A stretch of DNA of 64,000 nt from Diplonema japonicum (lineage: Eukaryota > Protista > Euglenozoa: Diplonemea): NCBI GenBank assembly GCA_964019335.1, contig OZ025723.1, forward strand, positions 248,001-312,000. The letters run 5' to 3'. The notes below the pieces were generated by a model. The model was not told the origin of the DNA, ran no database searches, and worked only from the letters and a program-made list of their open reading frames with translations. Positions 35,892 to 46,643 of this stretch are shown here, piece by piece (positions within the stretch are counted from its first letter, which is position 1; every line of letters begins with the position of its first letter). Position numbers and translations under genes: made by a program.

Positions 35892-36030
35892 GGTGGTGGG
35901 GATAACATGAAAATATAAGAAAAACATCAGATGTGTTGTTCGCTGTTGACCTCCTCGTCGGTCATCACCGGTAGCGCCCGAGTGGAAGAACGTAACGCAG
36001 ATGCTCAGGGTGACGAACCGAACAGGCAGC
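35892..36030 (+). ncRNA. HDV-like self-cleaving ribozyme
   Basis: P1 GGUGGUG/CAUCACC; J1/2 hairpin; P2 GCUGUUG/CAGGCAGC; P3 ACC/GGU; L3 UCCUCGUC; P1.1 CC/GG; P4 CGCCCGAGU/GCUCAGGGUG; J4/2 CGAA. All elements are in canonical HDV order. Confidence 0.8.
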
Positions 36031-36214
36031 AAACTGCACGAGCGCAGAATCTTGGTTACCCGGGACGTCCCGGCTGGGGTTGAGCTGTACACCGCACGCA
36101 TTAAAGACACGACGCGGAATGCAGAAGAAGCTACAACTCGGCCGCGGTGCGCCCCCTGTAATCAAGTAGACAGTTCTTGTGCAGGGCGCCGCCAACACCG
36201 GCCTCCTTTAACTC

Positions 36215-36220
<6 letters not shown>
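35892..36220 (+). mobile_element. SINE-like element copy 2, apparently full length (ribozyme head, body, tail)
   Basis: Body shared with 25486-25620. Tail cagggcgccgccaacaccggcctccttt recurs at 55181-55219. Followed by (AT)n and a T-run. Confidence 0.75.
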
Positions 36221-36247
<27 letters not shown>

Positions 36248-36256
36248 TTTTTTTTA

Positions 36257-37883
36257 TTCCCACCATCGGATGGATATCTCGCAAAACTGACGAAGGTGGC
36301 GTCGCGTGCCTTGTGGGGACCGAGGTACAGGACACGAAACCCGGCGGCAGTGCTATCAATCCTCCATAAAGGACACACATACGACCCGGAGGTGGCCTCG
36401 CCATACCGCGCAATGGCTCTATTCCACAGGGTGCACCAGAAGAAGGGGACAGTGTGGGAAAGATGTGAAAGGCTGGCAGTAGCATACCGCGAGGAAGGAA
36501 GAACAATACCGCTAGGTCCGGTAGGCAATATGCTGCGAAGGTGGCTTCCGAAAGTGGGTCTCGGCTGGACGGGGTTCATACAGAAGCTGAAGGAAGGGAA
36601 GGAACGTTTCGCGCACGAAATGCGGGAGAGGCTGAGGGTGGGACGCTCAAAAAGCATCGAACAGGTGAGGAGGTCGATGCGAGACCTGGGGGAAGGAGCG
36701 GACCCGAGTACGAACGAGCTCTGGCAGCGGCTGAGGAAGAGCAACGATCCGATAGCAGCCAGGGCCTTACAGCGGGTGATAACCGGGGGAGTTTTCTACA
36801 TCAACCCCAGGGGGTGGCACACGGACGCCAAGAAGAACATCGAACCGCCGAAGGAGGGAGAGGACACCACCTCAGGAGAGGAAGAAGAGGAAGAAGAAGA
36901 GGAAATGACGCGACCCACGAGGCAGCAGCCAGCACAGTACGTCAACTGTGACATATGTGAACACGAGGTGCATGAGCACGACATGCTCAAGCACGCGCTG
37001 TGGGACTGCGAGTTGGCAAGGGAAATACAAAACAAGGAAGCTAACAGAGCAGTGGTGGAGGAACGGACGGCCATGCCGAGGTGCATGCAGCTGCACGGAG
37101 TGCTGCCGCGAGGACACGACAAAGAGCATCTCAAGAACCTGCAGCTCTACCTCCTGGAGGTGGTAACAGAACGAGACCGCCGCCTGCAAGAAAAGAGGGC
37201 ACTGGAGAGGTACACGACTCATCCGTGGGAAGTGATCACAGAAGGAAAAAGACACCCGACACCGACATGGAGAGAACTACGACAACATGTAGGGGGGGGG
37301 CTCATGAAACAGTACGGACAGGAGATCGTCAAATGGCTAGGGCAGCTCAAGTGGTACCGGGGCCCGAGGAGAACAACGGTCACGACAATAGAGCTTGCGC
37401 TGGACTTCGAGAACAGCACAATGAAGTCGCTGGTGGGTGAACGTGGAGACCTGACACTAATAGGTAAAAAGGCGAGACGGCTGCATGGCCTGCTGGTGAG
37501 GCTGCAGGAAGGCTGGCAGGACGCGCGGATAAGGAGGAAGGTCAGGGGACACAGAGCCATACCGGCGGAGCAACGGCGGAACCACGGCCTGAGGACCATA
37601 GGGGGGAGAAAGGTCTTGGGCTGGGACAGAAGACCGCTGCACGTCTCGGAACAGACGAAGAAGGACCTCCAGAAACTGAGACAGCAGTGGCAGAAGGAGC
37701 GGGTGAGCGCCATGAGGGAGCGGGCTCAGCCCAAAAAGGAAAGACCGAAGCCGCTGAAGGGAGATAGGGGCAGGTAGAAGAACAAGACAGGACGTCCCAG
37801 ATCAGGGATTTCCTTTTACCTCTTTAATTTTTTTATTATTCTCCCTGAACGGGGAGCACCCCACCCGCACACCGAAATTTATC
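36257..37883 (+). mobile_element. 5'-truncated non-LTR retrotransposon (post-RT C-terminal region, zf-RVT-like knuckle, 3' UTR)
   Basis: Open frame to 37777 with GH..DP, GPVG and CDICE...LKHALWDC. Homologous to 39866-40930. Flanked on both sides by (T)nAT(T)TCCC. Confidence 0.75.
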
Positions 37884-37890
37884 AATTTTG

Positions 37891-37921
<31 letters not shown>

Positions 37922-38214
37922 TTTTTATTTCCCCCAAAGCAGCATGAAGGGCACGGAAAAATCCCCAGTGGATGAACTAAAGAGAGTGTCCCACATCGCT
38001 ATATAGGAGGGCTCTATCCCATGGTGTGTTTTCCCAGAGTGCCGCGCCACGTTACGGTCTGGACGCTGCAGGAGGCGTGGTCGAGACACAAAAAGGAGGC
38101 GCACACTCCCCCCCCTCCCTTTCTTTATGCAAAGGTTTCATTTCCATGAAACACAAAATTGTATACTCCTTTCCTACCTCCTTTTCCTCTCTTTTTCCTT
38201 TCATTTAATGAGGC

Positions 38215-38245
<31 letters not shown>

Positions 38246-38556
38246 TGATGAATAAATTAATATAAAAAAGTCTCAGAAACAATGCATAATAAGCCCGTTG
38301 CTGCACCTCCCTCCCATCCTTCCTCCCCCCCCCCCTTTTTTTTCTTCCATCTTCATACTCCGTTGAATGCCAACTGGTATATGCTACATTTTGTGTGAAA
38401 ATTTGTGAGGGGAAAAAAAAACGGGGGGCTTTTGCTTGCAAGACAAAAGTGGCGTTAAGTGTGCAACGGAAAAAAAAAAAAAAAAAAAAATACTCCCCTT
38501 CTACCCTTTTTTTTTTCTTTCCCCCCCCTTTATTTCTTCTATTCCCCCCACAAATA

Positions 38557-38589
<33 letters not shown>

Positions 38590-38623
38590 TACACATCGAA
38601 AAAAAAAAGAAAAAAAAAAGAAA

Positions 38624-39844
38624 ATGAGCCTGAGATGCCTTGTGAATATGTCACAGCAAAAAATATCGCCCCCATGGGTGTTCTTGCAAGGTAATGGAAA
38701 CCTAATGTCGGCGAAACGAGAGGGGCACGTGTCAGTCGCGAGCGAAGGGAAGTTGTGGGTATGGGGCGGGGCACGAGGAGTGGGTGTCTACGACACCAGA
38801 GAAGAAAAATGGGAGGCAACCTGTCTAGACGACACAGAACCACCCCCTCTCCAAGGCCATGTGTCAATACAGCTAAACGGGTGCATGCTCATCCACGGGG
38901 GGATACACCCAAACGGCACATTCAATGAATCCATTCTAAAATTCTCCTTCGACACCCGCACATGGTCTCACATCCACTGCCCCTCACCATCTATACCACC
39001 ACAAAGACATTCCCACGCACACACTTTGCTCACACCATCATTGTGGGTAATCTACGGTGGGCTGTCCAAGTCCGGAACCATCTACACCGACATGTGGGTG
39101 CTGTCACTCGACACTTTAACATGGAATGAGGTTCAACAACAAGACCCCCCCCGTGCATTAGGATGCCTTGTTTCCGACTCTCCCGAATTCGGGTATTTTC
39201 TAGGAGGAACTGATTCGCGGGATTTCTATTCCCTGACTTACCAGACGGTCGAGGGATCCGTTGTGTCGGTGAAATGGGAAATGCAACCGGCAGCTCCGTT
39301 CAGCCCGACTCCGAGGTCAGGACATGCCGTGACTGTACACTCTGGTAGGATGTACGTGTTTGGAGGGAAGGAACTGTATTCAGGTGCAGCTCTGGGAGAT
39401 TGGTATAAGTTTTCATTCAAGTACCGGATATGGATTAGGTTGATTGCTAACGGGCACACCCCGTCGCCGAGATGGGGACACACAATGTGTGTGGTAGATA
39501 ACACGCTTTACCTGTATGGTGGGTCGGATGAGTGCGGGGCTATGAACGACCTGTACAGTATAGGGATGGATCTTGCACCTTCAACGTTGCTTCAGACAAT
39601 CTCTGTGCCGCGGTTGGTGTCTACAGCCCGCACAGGCTGTAGTACTGAGGTTTTAATATCGGGCGAGCCCTCTTGGAACCCCTCCACCTCGGTTCAGTGC
39701 AAACGAGCCAACCCTTCCCGCTGCACCGATCCTTCCATCGTCCATAGGAAGAAAAACAACCTGCAGCAACCCAACCATGGACACGAACGACTTTTCGGTG
39801 CGATGGACGATGACGACATTGATGATGAGACAATGGAGGATTGA
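38624..39844 (+). CDS. Kelch-repeat beta-propeller protein
   Basis: Repeated R.GH...L.V.GG...D.W.....W units. Confidence 0.92.
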   Translation: MSLRCLVNMSQQKISPPWVFLQGNGNLMSAKREGHVSVASEGKLWVWGGARGVGVYDTREEKWEATCLDDTEPPPLQGHVSIQLNGCMLIHGGIHPNGTFNESILKFSFDTRTWSHIHCPSPSIPPQRHSHAHTLLTPSLWVIYGGLSKSGTIYTDMWVLSLDTLTWNEVQQQDPPRALGCLVSDSPEFGYFLGGTDSRDFYSLTYQTVEGSVVSVKWEMQPAAPFSPTPRSGHAVTVHSGRMYVFGGKELYSGAALGDWYKFSFKYRIWIRLIANGHTPSPRWGHTMCVVDNTLYLYGGSDECGAMNDLYSIGMDLAPSTLLQTISVPRLVSTARTGCSTEVLISGEPSWNPSTSVQCKRANPSRCTDPSIVHRKKNNLQQPNHGHERLFGAMDDDDIDDETMED

Positions 39845-39865
39845 TCAGTTTTTTTTTTTTTTTTT

Positions 39866-40930
39866 CTCACAGAAGGCAAGGATCATCTCCTCCCCTCTTG
39901 CCTCTACGGTGTTGCGTATGCCCCCCCCTCGAAAGTGGATGCAGGCACAATCCGGTCGAGAGTAGCGACATGCCTCTGGGGACCGAAGTTCAAGATGCGC
40001 TCACCGTGTGCTGTAGCGAACATCTTGCTGCCGGGGCACACGACGGACCCACTGGTGGTGACGCTTTATCGACTGTTGTGCACGGTGGTGAAGGTTGGCA
40101 GGTCGGATGCAGAGCTGTGGACCGGATGGGAAGGTGTGCCGCCCTGTACCTGCAGAGCGACGTGAAAGCCCAGGGACCGGTGGGAACCCTAGTGAGACGA
40201 TGGCTGCCGGCGATCGGGAAGAGCTGGAGTTTTGTGGAAGGGCTGAGTACCGCGACCGAGCGGGAACGCAAGCACGAGATCCGCCAAGTGGCACGGGCCA
40301 TGACAGCAGCGGAACAAGCAGAAGGGAGGACCTCCTACAGCGGCATGCCGGGGGGCCGACCCGGTCACGAACGGGTGGTGGAGGGCGCTCGCGAACAACC
40401 CGATGGCGGCGTACAGGTTGAGGAGGCTGATTGCTGGGGCGGTGTTTGCGGTGTACCCTGCGGTGCGGGGAGTGGCGGAGGGGCCGGACAACCCGCTGCA
40501 GCACCTCTGTGACGTGTTTGGGGAGCGTTACGGCAGCTACACCGAGGTGCTGGAGCACGCCCTCTGGCGATGCGAACTCGGAGATGCGGTGCGGGGCAGG
40601 CAGAGTATGCGAGCCTCGACCCGGCGACCATGCCGAACGCGACGGCGCTCCACGGGATAGTGCCCAGGGGATGCCAAGACAAGCCGAGGGCCCTGTTGGT
40701 GTAAAGGTACCTGCTGGAGGTGGTCACGCTGAGGTCGTGACGGGAAGGGCCCCCGACGCCGACGGTGGCGAATTACGTGGGCTGGGAGCATCGGGGAAGG
40801 TGATGGACAGGCTGCTGGGGCCGGTGCTGAGGTGGCTTGCTGTGGGATGACGCCCCTGGACGGCACACGACGGTTACGACGCTGGAGCTTGCCCTCGACT
40901 TCGAGCGGGAGATGGATATGACAGGAGGCC
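39866..40930 (+). mobile_element. Degenerate non-LTR retrotransposon fragment related to 36257-37883
   Basis: Frameshifted pieces LYGVAY, VATCLWGPKFKMR..LLPGHTTDP, GPVGTLVRRWLP, LRRLIAGAVF, LEHALWRC and TTLELALDFE parallel the first copy. Confidence 0.8.
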
Positions 40931-41222
40931 CATGAGCAGCATCGAAGGCTTGCGTGACACGTACCTGTCGCAGACCCCGACAAGGCTGCCCCGCAGTTTT
41001 ACCACCGCAGTAGGAACCCGCCAGAGCCCCCAGAACAGCGCGGCCGGTGCGCAGAACAGCGCGGCCGGTTAGCGCAAAAACGCATACCTTAAAAGAATAG
41101 TTTTTTTTTTTTTTTACTATTTCTTTTTTGCTTTAATGAACTCTCCGCATCCTGAGCCTCGCGCGCGCTCCGGCTGCGTTTCCGCCCCCATCCACTCCCT
41201 AACGTGGACGGGCCATTCTTCC

Positions 41223-41489
41223 TCAGCGAGGCAGGCTTGCACCTCTTTGCGCGTCTCTTCTTCTTTTTCTTAGCATCCACGCTGCGCAGGGGGAGCGGCG
41301 TCTGTATCGGAGGGGTGTATTTCCCGGCCCGTTGCAGTGTCGCCCCTTCCTCCTTTTCAAAGTGATCCTGTACGTATCTCGTTCTTCACCGGCGAACTGG
41401 CAGACGTAGATAGGACGCCCCATTTCTTTGGCCAGCGTGCTGACCACCAGCCTGTCCGCCCAGTTCCTACCAAAGACTGAACCTTTGGG
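41223..41489 (-). pseudogene. OTU-like cysteine protease fragment (probable transposon cargo)
   Basis: Minus strand reads GRNWADRLVVSTLAKEMGRPIYVCQ, resembling the OTU W[GA]D...I..LA....RPI.V segment. Confidence 0.5.
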
Positions 41490-41613
41490 TTTGTCCTTTC
41501 TACAGCCCCACCGGCTGTGACAGAGGAAGGGAAAAATAAAAAATAAAAAGAACAGGGATTTGGGTATCCCCCCCCCTCCCCCATATTCATTTACACAAGC
41601 ACATAAAAAAGAA

Positions 41614-42842
41614 ATGTCTCAAAGTTCGATTTACGACCAGGTTCGTCATGTGGCAGTTGCGGAGGACAGTACTGCTCTGTACCATTCTGGTCATGGTATG
41701 CAGCTGGAGAGCAGGTGGATGTATTCTGTGGCATTGTTGAACTCTAAGGGCGACCCCGTGCACGAGCAGGAACTGGGCGGCTTCCAATCGCTCCACCACT
41801 TCCTGCAAATGAACAACAACATCAGCCTGAAAAACCTCCCGGCGAACCACAGGCTCCAGCTCTTCAGATCCGGCATCACCGCGTCAGAGGGAGCTCAGCA
41901 CAACCTAGGTGGGGGGAAGTTCAGCTTGCGCAACAGATACTCATTAGAACTCGACGCTGGAAAGATCTGGCATCTCCTTGGCTTAGCAATGATCGGATGT
42001 CAGATTGAATACTGCTATGCTGTGACAGGAGCGACGGTGACGGTTGTTAACAACGTTCTTGAGATTGATGTGTGGGTAGGTAGGTGCAATGAAATGGCTA
42101 TAAATGCTTTAAAGCATTCTTTGGGTCAAATTGTGGCGATGACGGAAGGGCAGGACGCGTGTGTCATATTTCAGTCACACGTTCAACCCGTTCAGCCAAG
42201 ACAGCCTGTACCCTCACGACGCGCTCCACCTGGACATAGAAAATCTAGATCAAACCCGCAAACTGTGGACCAGTCGTTTTTGGATAAACATGAGAATGAA
42301 ACGCTTCAAAAAAAAAGAATTTCCAGAACGGATGCTTCGAAAGATGCGTACATTCCAAAACAGTCGATTTCAGCGTATTTACCGGAACAGAACCAGCCCT
42401 CTACGAAGGTCGGACCGCCTCCTGGAAAAAAGGAGATTCAAACACCACCACCTTTTGTGTCCAGAGGGAAGGTGTATCCAGCTGGGTTGTCTAGAAAGCA
42501 GCGGCGGTCTGTACAGTTCCACGGTATGCAAGGTCATCAAGAAGTTGAAACCATCGAGGGTTTCACCCCTCTGCGTGACCTCCCCGACGGGCCCATAACC
42601 GAGGAGCTGTTCGCCGAACTGTTGGAAGGCGTTGAGGTTGCTCGTGAGAGGAAACCCGTTCTGCACCAACGGTCTGCTTCTATCGGTGACATCACTCTCG
42701 GTACTGTAGCAACTGATGAGGAGGAGGGTGAAGAAGATACAAGTATTTCACTATTAAGACGCTGTTCGTCCTACCCTACGTTGGAATCCACGAAAAGCTC
42801 ATTTTCTTCTAATGAAGAGGATAGATATGAGTCTGCGGGTAT

Positions 42843-42884
<42 letters not shown>

Positions 42885-42984
42885 GGAGAAAAAAAAAAGA
42901 AAGAAAAAAAGAAGAAAGAAAAAAAAAAAAAAAGGTTTCGCCGATGTTGAGGTGTTGAATTGGGCGGATGATTACGATTGTTGA
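41614..42984 (+). CDS. Divergent eIF4E-fold protein with long C-terminal extension; intron 42839-42934
   Basis: LESRW, LFRSGI...N.GGGKF, IW..L..AMIG.Q, V.G.TV, IDVW and FQSH align with the eIF4E core. Confidence 0.75.
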
Positions 42985-43348
42985 AAAAAAAAAAAAAAAA
43001 AAAAAAGTGTGGCCTCTTCCTCCATTTTTTTTTTCCCCTTCATTTGTTTTCTTTTATGGGGGGAATATAAAAAAAAAACAAATTGTCTGATACAGAATAC
43101 GGGGGGGGGGATAAATTCTTTTTTTTCTATTTTTTTATGATGAATAGAAACACTTTGTAGTTATCGGGAAAAAAAAAAAATTAACAGCGCCATTGTTGTG
43201 TGGCGCGCGAAGCAAAAAATAACTCGCCATTATTTTTTTGGAGCCGCGGGGATTGGGAGGAATAGAATCAACTTTACCACCCTCCCCTCCTATTGTTCTT
43301 CCCCATCATGTAGGTAAGCTGCGTGGTCCTGATGGTACAGTTGAGTGG

Positions 43349-43434
43349 CGTCACCTGCGGGCCCTCGTGCAAAAAATTCGGGAACTCGAGTTAAATAATG
43401 ACTCATTATTTGTTGGCAATAAATAGCTATTTTT
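43349..43434 (+). mobile_element. Helentron/HINE-like repeat end, subfamily B
   Basis: Ungapped match to 44988-45063 and to the reverse complement of 2022-2105; ends ttgttggca.taaatagctattttt. Confidence 0.75.
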
Positions 43435-43529
43435 CTTCTTCTTTTTTTCTTTTCTTTTTTTCTCCACCATGTCTCTTTAACCTTTTTTAACGACTCAGAA
43501 GAAAAAAAAAAAAAAAAAAGAAATTGCTA

Positions 43530-43560
<31 letters not shown>

Positions 43561-44311
43561 TTGTCGTCAAAATAAATGGCAAAAAACAAAGGAAAAAAAA
43601 ATTAAAAAAAAATAATAAAAAATTGGCTTAAAACTGTTTTTGATAGAGACATTGGGTTGTTATTATTATTTTTTTTCTTCTAGGAGGGTTGACCTCCTTT
43701 AACTTTTTTTTGTTTTTTTTTAGTTTTATCTACTGGTTAAAAGTAGGGGAGGGGGAGTGAAGTTTTTTGGTTTGTGGAGGGGATTTTTTTTTTTCTATTC
43801 CATCCAAACTCTATGCCAGGTAGCCCTTACAAATTGCGCACAATTGTTACTCGCTCACTTCCCCCTACCTACTTTTTTTTTTTTTTTCCTTCTTAATTTT
43901 TTTTAGTGAATTTCCATTCACAAGAACTTTAAAAAAAAAAGGGGAAAAAAAAAAAAAGGGAAAAAAAAAAAAAAAAACGTAAGTGGGGAGTACGCTGGTA
44001 TTAAAAAAAAAAGAAAGAAAGAAATTTTTTAGCCTCGCCTTTTTTTTGTCAAAAAAAATTTTACGTCTCCCCCCCTTTTTTTCACTTCACCTTTTGACAC
44101 ACTGACAAATTCGGTTTTTCAAAACAAGAAAAAAAGAAAAGAAAAAAGAGGGAAGGTGGAGGTATAAAAGCAAGAAAGAAAAAAAAGGGGGGAGGGGGGA
44201 ACAAATGAATGAAAAGAGAACTGGTCTGTCTTCAACTTACCAAATCAGGCGGCCTTAAAAAGAAAGGGGGAGGAGAAGGAACTAGCTTATTATTTACCAA
44301 AGATCCCATTA

Positions 44312-45063
44312 TTTTTTTTATTTCACTCTTCAGAAATTACTTCACGCACTGGGGGGCCCATTACTTCACGCTAAATCTCATTACTTCACGGTGAAATAAT
44401 GGCCTGTTTTCCGTGAAGTAATAGGGGGTTTCCGTTAAATAATATGCCTCAGTAGGCCATTTTTTGCCTCGGTTCGGTTCCCAGTGGGGCTACTTTTTCC
44501 TCTCAGTTTGCTATTTCCCCCCAGGTTCAGCTCAATTGGCCAACTTTTGCCTCGGCTCAGTTCCAAGTTGGACTACTTTTTCCTCCCAATTTGCCCACTT
44601 TTGGCTAGGCCTTGTTCCCAGTTTCTGGGGGTAACTCTTCTGTGGGTAAGGGTAACTTAGTCAGCTTACCCAAGCTCCCCAAATGACTTCAAAATACCGA
44701 AGCAGCAGAAAAAAAGGAGCCAGCGGCCGCGCCAGGTATGGGAAGGCCTGATTAGAGATGGTGACAGTGGCAATGCCAGCGACAGCGGCAGCTCTTAGTC
44801 AACAAAAGGAGGGAAAACAACTTGTATTGTAACCTTTGTAACCCCTCTCTTGTTGTACCCCTTGTCACCCTGTTGTGCCCCTCGTGGTGAAGTAATTTCA
44901 GAGTGTCGTGAAATAAAACCACTTACCTACCGCCAAGTAATGCTTTACCGACCTCTCGGTTCCGCATTTTACCATCTCGGGCCCTGTGGGCCCTCGACGG
45001 TAAAATGCGGAACCTCGAGGTAACGGTAAAGTCATTACTTGTTGGCAGTAAATAGCTATTTTT
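44312..45063 (+). mobile_element. Apparently complete non-autonomous Helentron/HINE-like element
   Basis: T-run ends; asymmetric subterminal IR (ttatttcac..gaaattacttcac / gtgaagtaatttc..gtgaaataa); attacttcacg x3; internal ~85-bp duplication; 3' hairpin 44932-45046. Confidence 0.7.
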
Positions 45064-45617
45064 GACAGAGCTTAACCTTTTTTTTTTTTTTTTTTTTTTG
45101 TAATGATGGCTTATCAAAAGGTAACATAAGCATTCCCTCCCCCCATCCCTCTCTCCCTTACACCCCCTTTCTATTTTTCCTTCTTACGAAGCCGTGGCAT
45201 ATTTTGTTTTATTTTCAATCCAAGTGAATTTGGTTTTTACCTCCCCCCCCTCCCCTCTTTCATTTACACATTCAGAAAATGTCAAATTTTGTACTTTACC
45301 CCACTCTACTCTTTCGCTGTACCTAATCTCTGTCAAGTTCCCCCCCCCCCCCCCCCCCCCCCTTTCTTCTTACCCCTCCACAACACGTGTTTGCAAGTTT
45401 ATAAAAAAGAATTGCACAGCACACAACAGCTTCGGGGGGAGTTTTAGACAAGATTGAAGAGGGGGGGGGGGGGGGGGGGGGGGAATAGGTAAAAAGAAAA
45501 GAGAGAATTATATATATATATTTTTTGATCTACCGTATTTGAACTTGTGGAACGGGGAAAAAAATTATTTCTTTTTTTTTTTTTTTTTCAAATTTATTTT
45601 TCTTGGTTCTTCATGCC

Positions 45618-45648
<31 letters not shown>

Positions 45649-45865
45649 TATACGGAAATTAATTTGAAACGGAATACTAAGGCAACACAAAACCTCTTTT
45701 TTTTTTTTTTTTTTTTTTCCTCTGGGATTTAAAACTCTTTGCGGTCCACATTCAAGTACAGAAGAACAGTATAACCCCCCTCTTTTTTCTTATATATTGG
45801 GGGAAAAAAAGAAAAGCGCTCAGTGGGCAGATTGGTCAATGGCCATAAAAAAAAGATAACGCAAG

Positions 45866-45896
<31 letters not shown>

Positions 45897-46643
45897 CGAG
45901 AAGATTTCACGCTCCGTCACTCTAAAACCCGTTTTCGAATTTTTTTGCACCGTTTTTTTGACAAATAAAAAGCAATTTTCTCAGTCCTCAGGACAATAAC
46001 TAGTTTTAGAGATATGAGGCCGTTGCATTTCCCTTAAATGTTCAAAACCCGTGTTGGAGCGATTAACTTAATAATAAACAACAACTGGCAGAAAATAAAA
46101 AGTAAAAAAGAAGGAAAAAAAAAGGAAATTTAAAAAAAAAAAAAAGAAGAACCTCTCACACACTCTCTCTTTTTCTCTTTTCCTTTTGCAAAATCAAATG
46201 TTCTTTTTTTTATTTTCTAACGTAGAAGAGGAAAAAGAAAAAGGAAAAAGAAGGGGGGGGAAAAAAGCAGCATGAACACATTTGTGGCCATCACCGACAG
46301 AGAAGTAGGGGGAAAGGGAAAAGAAAAACTTCTACCCGAGTTACATAAATGCCCCCCCCCCCCCCCATTCTCCTCACTCCCGGGAAGCTAAAGGTCAAGG
46401 CATTTGTCGCGCCCCTTTAAAAAAAAAAACAAGAAAAAAAAAAAGAAATCTTTGTTTTATGTGCAAAAAGCAGCGCTGCAAAAAAAGAATATTAAAAAAA
46501 AAGAGAGAGAGAAAATGAAAACCCACTTCCACCCCCCCCCCCCCCCCCCACCAACCCTGCTTTTTTTTTTACCCTTTTTTATTTTTATTTTTATATACCT
46601 ATCTTTTATTCTACTTCATTTCATTTCACTCAACACCCAGGGC

